In this document: piece by piece, positions 14,061-27,785 of the stretch
Layout of the letters: the number at the start of each line of letters is the position of its first letter
Position numbering within the stretch: position 1 is the stretch's first letter
Assembly: GCA_951406725.2 (NCBI GenBank)
Contig: OX597821.1
Location: forward strand, 65,162,001-65,226,000
DNA length: 64,000 nt
Direction of reading: 5' to 3'
DNA from: Octopus vulgaris
Lineage: Eukaryota
Translations under genes and position numbers: made by a program
Notes under the pieces: model-generated
Database searches by the model: none
Told to the model about the DNA's origin: nothing
Seen by the model: the letters and a program-made list of their open reading frames with translations, nothing else

Positions 14061-14914
14061 AGAATGTGTTGTATCTAGATATCACATTTAAATTCAATCA
14101 TTATTAAATTTATGGAAAGTGGGCAGTGAATTGGAAGAATCGTTAGAGCGATGGACAAAATACCAGAGAAAATTTGTTATAGACGTTAACATCCCGAGTT
14201 CAAATCTCGCAAAGGTTAGCTTTGCTTACAATCTTTTCAGGGTTCATAAAATACTGTACCAATCAAGCTTTGGTGGTCGACAGTATCAATAACCCCACCT
14301 TCGTCATACAAAGTCGCTGGGTTTGTGCCTGGACCAGAAACAATTATTAGATTTATATCTTGTAACCATTTCATCTACATAATAAACTCTATATTGGTCG
14401 TATAATATTTTCGTGATGGGACTGGAGAGAAGGGATTTTTTCCGTTGTGCTTGGGATTCTAGAAAGCTGTGCATTACGTATCCATTACTAGTAAGGAACT
14501 TGTTCTGTACAACTAACTGCCGTTTGGCATGTTCACAAAGTGAAATATATCAAATATATTTTTATGAGAACAGATTTAATCTCACACACGTTATCTTTAC
14601 TTACATGTTTACTCTCTGAATCCGAGAGCATTTTGTTATAATGGAAATGTTGTGCAACATAAGAAAAAGAACGGCAGAACATAACTGTAAAGGCAAGTGA
14701 ACCCGGTCATAAATCTTCTGTCACAATCTCAAGCTCTTCATCTTCCGTAGTAATTTTCTTGGAAGTACCGTTACTCATGGACACCCTATGTTATATATGT
14801 CCAGCAGTTATTTCCATTTAGAGTTTCAAAATATGGTATTTTTGTCTTTGAAAATGATCATGGCTCAAAAAGATCGGTGCCATTATACCTGATTAAGATT
14901 GTCACAGCTGGGTA

Positions 14915-14979
<65 letters not shown>

Positions 14980-15046
14980 TGAGTGAGAGAAGGAGAGAGA
15001 CAGACAGGCAGATAGCTAGACTGACTGATAGATAGAGACAGACAGG

Positions 15047-15115
<69 letters not shown>

Positions 15116-15545
15116 GAAAGTTTATAAAATAATCTGACAGCTTTTTCATTAGCATAAATATAATCCACTTGTATTCATTTTCATCAGGGTCAAACCCTAG
15201 ATCAGATGTATGTATGTATGTATGTATGTATGTATGTATGTATGTATGTATGTATGTATGTATATATATATATGAGTTTGTGTATGCATGTGTGTGAGGG
15301 GGTAAGTGTGTGTGAGTACATACACACATGCAAATCTATTTATCTTTCGGTCTTTCTCTCCCCACTTCTTTCTTTTTTTTATTTGTCTCTTTCTTCCTGC
15401 TAGTCCCCCTCTCTCTCTTCCTCTTTCCTGTATATATATTTGTGTGTGTGTGTGTGTGTATGATGAGTGTGTGTATGTATGTTTGTATGTATGTTTGTAT
15501 GTATGTATAAATCTCAGAGCGAGTTATAAGCAGTAGCGGCAACAC

Positions 15546-15992
15546 ATCGTGACGTATATTTGCCATTTGAATATGGCTAACCCCTAAGGGTGGATGCTAC
15601 TGTAGCCCCAATAAGACACCTCCTCCAGCTGGCTATAGACACACTTTCTGTGCCCTATCAGTATTTGTGACGGGAAGTCATCCCTCCCGTCTTCAACTTA
15701 TGATACACACGGACTCGAGGTTCAAGGTATTGACCTATCATCGGCGTGTGACAATCAAAGTTGTCGACGAGAAGTCAGTTCCGCTCACGATGATAGGTCA
15801 ATACCTTGAAACTCGAGTCCGTGTGTATCATAAGTTGAAGACGGGAGGGATGACTTCCCTTCACAAATACTGATAGGGCACAGAAATTGTGTCTATAGCC
15901 AGCTGGAGGAGGTGTCTTCCTGGGGCTACAAACTACAGTAGCATCCACCCTTAGGGGTTAGCCATATTCAAATGGCAAATATACGTCACGAT
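15546..15992. mobile_element. Fold-back element (~200-bp arms, ~44-bp spacer) with a hammerhead-like motif on each strand
   Basis: Arms 15546-15743 and 15788-15992 are near-perfect reverse complements; motifs at 15706-15750 (-) and 15781-15825 (+). Confidence 0.88.
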
Positions 15993-16029
15993 ATATATAT
16001 ATATTTGTGTATATATATATATATATATT

Positions 16030-16162
<133 letters not shown>

Positions 16163-16639
16163 AAAATTATATATAAAAAATACAAAATGGGACAAGAACG
16201 CAAAACACACAAAGAGACGACACAAAAAACGGACGGGTCATTCGAAGCCTCTAATCTTCAGTCAGGAACCGGATCATCTTCGCAATTTCGGCTGATTAAT
16301 CCTGAGATCGCCCCGATCCTGCCAGCCAAGGAAAAACTAAGCTACGAGCATTAGATTTCTTGGAAAAAGGATCGAATGTATACGAAACAAGGACAGAAAA
16401 ACGGACGATGCCACACGAATATAAATGCAAAAAACAAAAATAAAAATCAAGAATAGTAATAACAGGACAAAAACAGCGGGTGTCTTACGACTTTAGACAG
16501 TTTAACTTATCTTAGCTGGCGTATTTGGAAATAAATGCCTTTGCGGGAGACGAAGAAAACGGTGTTGTCGTGGTGGCGGTCGAAGGCCGAAAGGCTAGTT
16601 GACCAGCGGTCATGTGAGAGGAGAATATATATATATATC

Positions 16640-17782
16640 AGTCTGTATCGTAAGGTTCTAGAAAGATATGGCAGCCCTTTCTCCATCTACATAGAAAACA
16701 ACTGGAAGAGATATCTAGATGACTGTTTCATCCTTTGGCATAAAAATATAGAAAAACTCATAGAATTCCAGAAAATTTTAAACGGACTGGACGTAAACAT
16801 CCAATTCACGATGGAATATAGCCAACAACAACTCCCCTTCCTCGATATCCTCATTAAGAAAGCTAATAATATAATAGAAACAGACATATACTATAAGCCT
16901 ACAGACTCTAAGCAATATCTTCCATTCAATTCATGCCACCCCAGACACACCAGGATGAATATCCCCTTCAATCTAGCAAAAAGGATATGCACTATAGTCT
17001 CTAACGCAAACACCAGAGACACACGACTACAAGAACTAAAAGATACACTTATCACCAGGAACTATCCACCTTCACTTATTGACAAGTGCATTCAACGTGC
17101 CCTTCAACTTAACATCAAGGAACTGAGACATCCCAAATCAAAGAAAAACTTACAACCAAAAGCCTTACCATACATCTCCACACACAACCCTCTCAATAAC
17201 GAAGCCTTCGACACCATCCTCCACAACATACCCCTCCTAAAAAAAGACCACAGAATGAACACAATCCTCCAAACACACACGATCATAAAAAGCAAAAGAC
17301 AGCCTAGATCCATGAAAAGTCTCCTTACACAAGCCCGAATTCACTCTTCAACACAGAAGCCGACAGTAAAAAAATGTGGAAGACCCAATTGCGGGATATG
17401 CGACTATCTAATTGAGGGATCAGAGTTCTCCTTCAAACAGGGACAACGGTTTACAGTGAAAAGCAACTTCACATGTGCTTCGGAGAACCTAATATACTCA
17501 CTAACCTGCTCCGGGTGTCAAGAGCAGTACATAGGCCAAACAAAAAATGGTTTGCGTAAACGAATGGCCCTGCACAGATCCCAGATAAAAATTCCCCAAA
17601 ACAGAAAAATAGCTTTTAGCCAACACATAGATACTTGCGCCAACAAAAAAACACCAAACTTCAGAATTTTCCCCCTCTACCAATTTAGGGACGATACAAC
17701 CTCGAGACAACGAATAAGTAAAGAAAATCTCTTTATTACAAAATACAAGCCACTTCTTAACGGGTCTACGACAAACAATTAA
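16640..17782 (+). CDS. Penelope-like RT C-terminus and thumb, Cys linker and C-terminal GIY-YIG endonuclease (5'-truncated; ORF-track residues before 16640 are unrelated)
   Basis: WKRYLDDCF, LPFLDILI, DIYYKPT, SCHP, CGRPNCGIC linker, NLIY-LTCSGC-QYIGQT, R..LH, E..FI..YKP.LN. Confidence 0.93.
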   Translation, partial: SLYRKVLERYGSPFSIYIENNWKRYLDDCFILWHKNIEKLIEFQKILNGLDVNIQFTMEYSQQQLPFLDILIKKANNIIETDIYYKPTDSKQYLPFNSCHPRHTRMNIPFNLAKRICTIVSNANTRDTRLQELKDTLITRNYPPSLIDKCIQRALQLNIKELRHPKSKKNLQPKALPYISTHNPLNNEAFDTILHNIPLLKKDHRMNTILQTHTIIKSKRQPRSMKSLLTQARIHSSTQKPTVKKCGRPNCGICDYLIEGSEFSFKQGQRFTVKSNFTCASENLIYSLTCSGCQEQYIGQTKNGLRKRMALHRSQIKIPQNRKIAFSQHIDTCANKKTPNFRIFPLYQFRDDTTSRQRISKENLFITKYKPLLNGSTTNN

Positions 17783-18422
17783 TATACCTCAACTTTAGAA
17801 TAAAAGAAATATATACACACACAAATATTACACTCCATAGAATCCATTACTAATCAGCCCCATCAAAGCTATACTTACACCCATTCATATTCTCCCTTCT
17901 CTGTTTTTTTCTTCTTCTTCTTCTTCCTCTTCTTCTTCATCATCATCATTATCATCATCATCGTCGTCATCATCATCACCACCATCATCACCACCATCTT
18001 CTCCTTCTCCTTCTTCTTCTTCTTCTTCTTCATCATCATCATCATCAACATCGTCATCTTCTTCTTCTACTTCTCCACCTTCCACCCCTTAACCTTGTCA
18101 CTAATGTCTTTCAGTATAACGCCTACGCAAATTCCATAAACAATTCCTGAATTGAACTGCGACTACTGTCAGCCACTGTCAGCCACTGACCATTCAAAAT
18201 ACGACCATTAAGGCATTCCCAGATTTCCCCACCCCTCTCCACATCAGCCTCATTATTCTTCACCTATCCTACCAAGAACTCAAAACGACCTCGAACACAC
18301 AAGTGCAAACAAGGGAGTCAGAGAAAGGCAGAATGCTACTTATATCTGAACACTACTACAGAAATATTCTTTTAAAAAAACTTTTCTTCTAATTTTTCTA
18401 AAATTTAATTATTTAATCGTTA

Positions 18423-18460
18423 CTGTTGAAAAGGTCTCAAAATGACCGAAACCGGTACTG
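18423..18460 (+). ncRNA. Minimal type I hammerhead-like motif, U3-A8 core variant, at the PLE 3' end
   Basis: CTG TTGAAAA GGTC-TCAAAAT-GACC GAAA CCGG TA CTG; palindromic loop III; GUA triplet. Confidence 0.7.
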
Positions 18461-18513
18461 AAAGATTCACTATAAAATCATCTTAGCATTTTCTATTTTT
18501 GACTTGTTTTTTC

Positions 18514-18981
<468 letters not shown>

Positions 18982-19527
18982 AATATTTGTTGTGCAAGAT
19001 TTTTTATGTGAAGTCGTGTGTTGAAACAGATATTGTTATATATTTTTTTTTTCTCGATTAGATTTATTATTATTATTACTAATATTGTTGTTATACATAC
19101 ATACAAGCATATGTAATGATAATAATGGGTGGATGTAAACACATGAACAAAATTAGAACAAAAGCAACAACAACAAAAACAAAATACAAATTACAAGAAT
19201 GTATATAACCAGAAGATACAAATATTACAGGCATCCCCCCACACACACACTAAATAAACATAGACGCACATAGAGATATAAGCATGCGCAAATGAAGACA
19301 TACAATAGAAATACAAAATGGCTGACGGTTAGTAAGGAGAGACACAAGTAAGTGAGAAGAACACAAAGGACCACTGATGCGGTCACAGGAGTGTGACGAA
19401 AGAACTTTGGCCGAAATAAGATTAAGATTAATGTAAAAAATAAATATCACTGAAGCAAAATAACACCAAATATATATATGCGTGTGTTTTTATTGGCTAA
19501 ACTGGCAATATGACCATTCCGAAATAT

Positions 19528-19770
<243 letters not shown>

Positions 19771-19923
19771 AGTAATAAGAGAGAGACCATATGTCGTCAC
19801 TCTAACGCTAGAAATAGATCCGCAAAGGGAATCCACCATTAAAGAATTGTTCTCAGGCATTAATCCAACACGCCAATAATGTAAGCGGGCAGGACAAATG
19901 AAAAATAACGAAAAAATAGATTA

Positions 19924-19999
19924 ACTCTATACAATTGTTTCATCGTTAATAGATTGTGTAATTTTACTTACATAATCATTTTCAAATCTTCAGCAGAGT
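19924..19999 (-). ncRNA. Type I hammerhead ribozyme-like motif with a long stem II
   Basis: Minus strand: ACTCTG CTGAAGA [TTTG..GATTATGTAA-GTAAAA-TTACACAATC..CGAT] GAAAC AATT GTA TAGAGT; 6-bp stem I; palindromic loop AATT. Confidence 0.8.
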
Positions 20000-20106
20000 A
20001 TATCAAAAATATAATTTGCTGAACCGAACGCCAAAATCCATGCGAAACCGAGCAAAGGCGAACGGCACAGCCGTTTATATTTACGGTTACATTCAAATAT
20101 CCTCAC

Positions 20107-20158
<52 letters not shown>

Positions 20159-20444
20159 GAAAGTAAGTTTGAAAATGAAATTTAAAATATATTTATTTAC
20201 TTTACCGGTTTCACTCTTTGGACAAATATTGTCAAAAGTAACGTGTAGAAGTTTGGTTGCGTTAATTGTTGGTTGTTACAAATTGCTACATTACATATAT
20301 ACAGTCTTTGGTAACAGGGACATGTTAAGGACATAAAAAAGTTCAACAAGTTCCTTAAAATATTGGGCACAAAAGATTACTACATAAATAATCATTCTCA
20401 AGGACATGCTTAAGTTAATTTCCAGAAGGAATTGATATTGGTAT

Positions 20445-21236
20445 TGTGTCTGAACGTGTCAAAGTGCTGTCATCTGCCTGTCGGCTCTACTCCTGCAACT
20501 CAACTTGATTTCGAGGCGGGTCGTCTGCTGCTGGAGAGGACCGATCAGGTAAAGGACCTGGGTATCTTGGTGGATTCCTCCTTTTCGCCTTCGGCCCAGT
20601 GCGTCCATGCTGCCAACAAAGCGCGCGGAATTCTGTTTTTGATTCGACGGTCATTCGGAATGCTCACAGCAGCCATATTCCTGCCACTCTATGTCACGCT
20701 GGTGAGACCCATATTGGAGTATGGGATTCAAGCCTCTTCTCCTTATCTCCTCAAAGACATACAGCATCTCGAAAGAGTCTAGAGACTGGCTACCCGCATG
20801 GTTCATGGTCTCACAAATTTGTCCTACGAAGAAAGGCTGAGGACGCTCGACCTTTATTCTCTTGAAAAACGCCGCCGCTGTGGTGATCTCATTCTCGCCC
20901 ACAACATCATAAGCGGGAAGTGTAACCTCTCGAAAGAGCTGTTCTTCACTCCTGCTCCGGAGCGTCGGCTGCGGGGTCATTCCGAAAAGCTCTACCTGCG
21001 ACGATTTCATCTCAATCGAAGGAGAGGAGCTTTCTCCGTCCGGGTTGCGGATCCGTGGAACAAGCTGCCAGACGAGATGGCGAAGATGCCGACGACCGCT
21101 TTGTTCAAAGCCTCCCTGGACCTCAAGTGGCCTGAACTCTTTACATGAGCACCACCCTGTACTTAACTCCATGTCCCCCTACATGGCCTTGCTATTTGCT
21201 TTTGAGCCAAATTAACTAACTAACTAACTAACTAAC
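20445..21236 (+). mobile_element. 5'-truncated CR1-type LINE with (TAAC)n tail; single in-frame stop at 20780-20782
   Basis: LNVSKC, VKDLGILVD, LYVTLVRPILEY, RRRCGDLI, LRGHSEKL, FSVRVADPWNKLP; possible 4-bp TSD GTAT. Confidence 0.92.
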
Positions 21237-21782
21237 GTATCTGCATATTCAAACATGCACAGAATATTGGTTGACACAGAGGGCTACAATCCATATAAAT
21301 ATACATTCTTTGGTGACAGGAGCATGTTGAGAATATAAAAAAGTTTAACAAGCTCATTGAAATAATGGGCACAAAAGATTACAACAAATATATTATACAT
21401 TCTCAAGATCATTTCCAGAAGGAATTATTAAAAAAGTTCAGTATACACGTACAGAATATTATGAGTTCAAAAAGATTTACATTATAATAGTAGTGAAGCT
21501 GAAACTGACCTGTCCTCCATGGTAGCGTAAAAGAATATTATCTATTTCAAGGGACACAGTAGGTGTGTTTGGTTGGGGGAAAAGGAGGGGTAATGTGAAA
21601 CTGAAAAGAATTTACCCTTTTTTCGTCTCTCCTTCAAGCATCAATGATTTAGGGGTCAGGATGGGGTGAGTGTGTGTGTCTTTGTGTGTGTGTGTGTATA
21701 TATATACATATGTGGTGTGAATAGTTGTGTTTGTAAGATCTGGTAGGATGGTGTGTGTATATGTGTGTCCGTTTGTCAACAT

Positions 21783-21832
<50 letters not shown>

Positions 21833-21892
21833 CGCAGAAAGTATACACACATGCTGACAATGGAGGTAACCACCCCATGACCGCTTTGAGGA

Positions 21893-21944
21893 TCTCCAGA
21901 CTAGATATAGTTTCGCCTATGACTTTAGGCAACGTCAGTGAGGA
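21893..21944 (-). ncRNA. Type I hammerhead-like motif (A9 position mutated)
   Basis: Minus strand: TCCTCA CTGACGT T GCCTA-AAGTCA-TAGGC GAAA CTA-TATC-TAG TC TGGAGA; GUC triplet. Confidence 0.72.
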
Positions 21945-24293
21945 CTGCTCGACCCGGGCATGATCGGTTAATTCATTCAGCAAACATAGATGTATAATAG
22001 CCATAAAATTTTATTTTATATTTGTATATTCGTATATTTTTATATACATATGCACGTGTTGCATCCATACACTTATATGTACACACATACCATACACCCA
22101 TGTGTTTTTGCGTGCTTTGTATGCACTTGTATTTGTGTGTGTGTGCGCGCGCGCCTCTGTGCGTGTCTGTGTGCACGCGAATGTGTGTGTTTGTGGGCAT
22201 TTACAAATGTTGGAGAGACATATCTTTGCCAATTTTCCTTTTTCGAAATCGTACTTATTTATGACTTGATATGAATCTACGTGTTGAACTTCACTGCATT
22301 TACGCCATAGAACAATCATGGCAGCCATTTAAAAATATTTTATGTTCGAGTAAGATTTTCTTTATTTTCTAACCCACATTGTACATTATAAAATGTTATA
22401 ACACTTTATATGTATTATACCTCAACGATGTCTGCAATTATCGATAAGAACTCCAACGCTCACCATTACATTTATTTCGCACATTCCTGAAAATATATTT
22501 GAGTTACGTATAATATAGAATGATGACAGTGAAAACTGATTCGATGGGGTATTTGATAAACAACTAAATGTTCGATGATTTTCATCCTGATATTTCTATG
22601 TCCATTATTCTTGATAATTAAATGTTAATGTCTCGACTCAACGAACACACGGCACGAACCATCAGCCTGCATTGTTAGTTGTTTGCTACGTCATCGACAA
22701 ACACATCCATCCAATTTCTCTGTTTATTGTATATAACTACATAGAATCTAGTTTTGGTGTAATATAGCCTTTATTTAATTATCTGCCTTAAAATACTTCC
22801 ATTATTAAATTTATATCGTGTGACCATTTCGTTTATGTAGTCAACTCTATATACGCTGTACAGCTTGTTTGTGAAGAGACTGATGGCACTATTTATTTTC
22901 TGCTTGGATTCATGGAAAGCTGTGCATTGTGTATCTATTATTAATAAGGATTTTGTGTTATATGTCTAACTTCCTTCTGGTATATTACTGTAATAAAATA
23001 TATCTAATGTAGATTTATGAGAAGTTATTTAATAACGAATATGTCACATTTGCTTACACGCTTACGCTTCGAATTCCAGTGCAGTCTATGATAAATGTGT
23101 TGCGCAGCATAAAGAAGTATATAATCGAATTACAGAACCATGTAAACTTCAACAAAAATCTCCTGATATATTTTGCCCAGTGCTTTTCTGTGCTGTTGTG
23201 ATATTTTCGAAATCATCATCAGTGCTAGATATCTATATATGGTTTAACATTTGTTTCCTTTTAGACTAATGGAATATGGTATCCCTTTTCTAAATAATCA
23301 TTGCTCAAAATGATCTGTGGGCTTATGCCAGATTATAATTGTCAAATCTCAGGACCTATATGTACGGTGACATCAATGGTTATAGATCAGCAGGAATACT
23401 TTTTCATAAATATAAATGTAATTCGCTCGGAATTCTTCTGCCTCCGGATTATTTTCTTTTCAGAACAGGCTATTATTTTTCTATTTTCCGATATACACAT
23501 CGTAACACAGGGCACAGAGACGATTAATTCTAAGGAAAGAGATTCAACGTGGAATCTTCTGCGACCTTACTAATGCGCTACAAACATATAATGACAATGG
23601 CATATTTAAATTTTCTTGCAAGAACTTCAGAAGTCTGCTACGCATCCTTTTCACCCTTTTCACAGAACACAAAACGAATGGCTTTGTGAAGCAGTAACTC
23701 AAAAAGTACGCTGGCAGACAGGAACCGCTCATTGTGCAGAACCAGAGACGAAAACTTGTCTGTAACGGTCACGTATCCCGCCACAACTCTATATCCAAAA
23801 TCCATCGTTCAGGTCACAGTTAAGGGAGGGCGAAAGAAAGTGAGAAAAAGTCCTGGTCGGATAGCACCAAGGACTGGAAAGTTCAAAACATCGCAACCCT
23901 GCAAAACATGACAGATAAAAGAAGCCAGTGGCGACCACTGACTGCAAAAGACTAGAGTTATACCACCAACGACTTACTGCACTAATTAAAGAAACCTGAT
24001 GATGATGATGATGACGATGATGTTGACGATGATACTGATGACAGTGATGACGGTGATGATGATGACCATTATAGGTCTGCCATTTTGTTGTAAAATATTG
24101 TGTAACTAACATCAAAAGTGAACGTATTTCTTTATGTTTGTCTTTCGCGAAAAACCAACAATTTTCTCTTCGTCTGACACCATTTGTTGTATATGAAACT
24201 CTTTTCATTATGTGATAACCTGGTTAGTCATTTAAAATATGTATAGATAACATTGTATTCACTTCTGGTTCATCATAAGCTATCATCTGCCAG

Positions 24294-25991
24294 TGTTATG
24301 GTGTGAGATCCTCGTCCATTTGTATATTGTTATTGGCACTATAATATTCTTGTCGCCACTATTATGTTGTGGCGATATTCTGCGTTTTATTACCTTTGAC
24401 TCGTCTATCTTGCTATTGCTGATAGCCCCGCAAGACAACGACTTCGAAACGTTTACCATGACGGTAACTCGAAATCGTATATAACATGTAACTGACACTG
24501 ACTCCAACTGAGGACTCGTACAACGACTCTCCTACTACTGACCTCCGACCACGACCGACTGTCTTACTTTATAGTGACCCAATCATACCACTTTGTCACG
24601 TGGGAAAGGGAGTACCATTTTCACTATAACATCTCCCCCTTTTATTTGTTTTTTATAGGGAAGCAAGTAATTATAGTTTACTTTATTCATCGCTCCTCCA
24701 TTTTAGCATTTTTTTCAACTTAATATTTTTTCTTTACATAAACCATCGGAGCTCCCCAGCCTGACTGCCCGACTTTTTTCAATTATAGCTAGACTTTCAA
24801 GTATTTCTAACTCTTTATTGACCTTGTCCAGTGCCACAAACGGCACATTCCGTTTGGGCCTAAAAACAGATGTTTTTTCTTTTACCACGATTCTCGCTTT
24901 TGCTTTAGTGCAACAGCCTAATCCTTCCAAAAAAACATTTGGAAGCGATTTAAAAAATTTATTTTCTCTGTTGTTCGACTTCATTCGAACTTTTAACTGT
25001 ACCGACTACATTTTCACAGAGAACACTAATGGTGGTATCCCACATTTTGAATAACTCCATGCATTCTGTGACAAATAGTTTTAGTGATTTTTTTCAACAC
25101 TGCATTGCAAATACATTCACCAAAGGAATATAATTTCTTTCCTGTAACACTATATTCTACTTTACTTGATTCAAGTAATTTCGGCTTACCGATTTGTCGC
25201 CATGTTTATTCATTTATGATGGTGATGTCACTACCTGTGTCTAATTGCATTTTAACACTAGTGATTTCGATTCTCACCTTGATGAATTTTCTGTTTGTTG
25301 TACAAACCTTTTTCTCTGATGACAATATATTTTTTTCTCGTTGGGTCCAATTTTTCATCTTAGTTCTACAGGGAGATTTAATGTGTCGTGTGTTCCAGAA
25401 CGAAAACACCTTACTTTTTTAGATGGATATTCTTTTCTCAAGTACCTACCACCACATGCCATACAAGGGTTTATCTCCTGTTGTATATTGTGCTTTTGTG
25501 ATACATTTTATCCGTCTTTCGACTTTTCCGTACTAGTTTTATTTGTAAAAAAATCGCTGCGTTGGATTTCTTCTGTATCGTGCCTTACTTTTAATATCAT
25601 ATCGCAACTCTTCTGATAGTTTCTGGAGAGTTATATACTCGTTCATTTCTAGCTTTTGGGGCATTTTCGTTTTGACTTCTGCGTCCTTTTTAGCAGTAAG
25701 TCATCCGCGTGAATTGTTTATTTTCTCGTGAATTATTTTTTTCTGCAATGTTGTTCACGTGAATTGTTTATTTCCTCGCCGCCACTGTTATAATGTGAAT
25801 CCTCATCCACTTCTATCTTATTGTCGGCACTGTAATATTTTTGTCGCTACTATTATGTCTTGGTGGTATTTCTCGTCTTATTATCTTTGACTCATCTATC
25901 GTGCTTTTGCTGATAGCTCCGCAAGACAATGACTTAGAAATGTCTACCTTGATGGTAACGTAAGAAGGGGAGTACCATTTTCACTACAACA
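24294..25991 (-). mobile_element. Internally deleted Gypsy-type LTR retrotransposon; LTRs 24294-24631 and 25786-25991
   Basis: Both LTRs TGTT...AACA and homologous; PPT (plus TCTCCCCCTTTT at 24632); PBS TGGCGGCGAGGA resembling tRNA-Ser 3' end; protease LDTGSDITII and RT-start FRPKRNVPF remnants. Confidence 0.9.
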
Positions 25992-26879
25992 GTCACAAAA
26001 CTTCAAGCCATATCAACGTCATTGCGCATTAAATGCTATTCTACGGCAGCTCAATATTTCGTTCCCCTATATATTAATATCAGTTTAATTGCTGCATAAT
26101 CTTGAATGTAAAATGTGAGTTTATATAATATTTTACATCATGTTAAAATTTGGGGGACCATAACTTGATATGACTTGCTTATGAACAACTGAATGCTTTC
26201 CTCCGAACTCTAAACTTCTAAAATTGTCATTGTATATCCAAGGTGAACCCTGATTATTCAGCAGACCTGTGTTTAAAGGTATTCAAAGCTATCATGTCTG
26301 TGCTTTAGTTATTCTCTGTACACGGATCTCTTCCCTTTTTATTACAGTTGGCAAGAATGTGGCTGCTATCTCTATCAAATAAAGTCTTCTCATTGGTTCG
26401 TCTAAATATAAGTTGACGTCGTAGGAGGTGCAATTTGTCGATATTTTTGTTGTTGGTTATCGTAGATTTGCTCCGTTAGTACAATGCTATGGTCAAATAC
26501 TTTTCACCCAAGACTAAACCGCCGTCTATTGACATGACGGGTTAATCTAAACTGCTTTGTCAATTTCATCACAGTAAGTCCTGATCTGAGACAATATTTG
26601 ACTGCTATTTCTAGGAGGCTGAATGACTGTAAAGAAGTTTCATCACTAATTCGCCATTATGTACAACTTTGATGCGATTTCTTCATCCGCGTTGCTTCGT
26701 TCTATATGAGGAGACGGCACGTAATACTTCTACAGACCTTTATAATACGGAAAATAACAAACGAGATTTGGAAGTGTAAAATTTTGATTGCATATTTTGG
26801 ATGTCATGTAAATAGTTTAGATTTCTTAAATCAAAATTTTAAAATTTAAATGCATTTTTACTGATAACTTTTCATGTTC

Positions 26880-27260
26880 GTGCGGTGTTACAGGAGCAGG
26901 TTGACTTAGTAGATAGCATTGATGCTCATATATCTTGTGTTCTGCAGACCGTTCATCATATATGATGTGAGGCAGAGACTACTTTTCTCTAATTAGTGGA
27001 GGTGTCTATATGATCTTATGCTGGGCTAGAAGCCACAATGTAGGACAAGCGTATGCGATGATGTTTTATGACCTGGCAACACACCAAGGACTGCGAGGTT
27101 TGGAAATCTTTTCAGCCAATGTAGCAATCTCCTTTTCTCACTTATATTGCCACTTGGCATATTGTGTGAGAAAAAAAGATGACTCCGATGTACGTGAAGT
27201 TCTTTCTAACTATAAATTGCCTTATGCTTGTCTGGCATTCTTTTTCATTCAAATTCATGG
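26880..27260 (-). mobile_element. Possible very old LINE RT-thumb relic
   Basis: Minus-strand KNFTYIGVI and EKEI motifs only. Confidence 0.3.
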
Positions 27261-27572
27261 AAGATCTCTCATATACTGTGCAGTAGATCTTGTGAAACTT
27301 GGTGTAAAACGTGTCTCTTCACTCCCTTATATGCAGAAACTAGATGTGTATGAGATCATACTTCATTAATACAGTTTGGTCTTCATCTTTTATATGCGTC
27401 AATGGAGTAGGATTAGCATCTTCTATTATGAGTCCATTTACTTCTAATATTCATATAGAGAAATAGACCCTAGTATTTGAGTAGTACTTCATTTTACCTA
27501 CCACTAAATATGAAAAGGCTGCCCCGCAGTGAAATTTGAATATAAAACATACAGGCACGTATATAAAATACC

Positions 27573-27785
27573 TATTTCTTTATTACCCACAAGGGGCTAA
27601 ACACAGAGGGAACAAACAAGGACAGACATAGGTATTAAGTTGATTACATCGACCCCAGTGCATAACTGGTACTTAATTAATCGACCCCGAAAGGATGAAA
27701 GGAAAAGTCGACCTCAGCGGAATTTGAACTCAGAACGTAACGGCAGAGGAAATACGGCTACGCAATTCGTCCGACGTGCTAACAG
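27573..27785 (-). mobile_element. SINE family A copy
   Basis: Tail ATTTCTTTATTACCCACAAGGGGCTAAACACAGAG, core and head as at 2436. Confidence 0.85.

Larger units (their letters stand above)
16639..18513 (+). mobile_element. Penelope-like retroelement copy 1, 5'-truncated, flanked by (TA)n on both sides
   Basis: RT + GIY-YIG ORF, 3' UTR with (TTC/TCA)n, terminal hammerhead-like motif; colinear with 29365-31609. Confidence 0.95.

Noticed and set aside
14780-14910. Minus-strand TILIRYNGTDLFEP resembling a Cys-loop receptor beta strand
   Set aside because: Followed at once by a stop, not conserved in the paralogous segment, and no Cys-loop motif.
16225-16330. Minus-strand CTGAAGA and CAGCCGAAA motifs
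   Set aside because: The order and pairing do not assemble into a hammerhead.
16575-16605. GGTCGAAGGCC-GAAA-GGCTAGTTGACC hairpin as a possible HDV-like ribozyme P4
   Set aside because: No P1/P3/L3 elements were found nearby.
16535-16639. ORF-track N-terminus of the Penelope protein
   Set aside because: It lies upstream of a (TA)n junction, and homology to copy 2 begins only at ~16640.
23195-23225. Minus-strand CTGATGA TGATTTC GAAA
   Set aside because: No viable stem I or stem II; likely chance.
24289-25996. TSD for the Gypsy element
   Set aside because: Flanks GCCAG and GTCAC match at only 3 of 5 positions, so no TSD is claimed.
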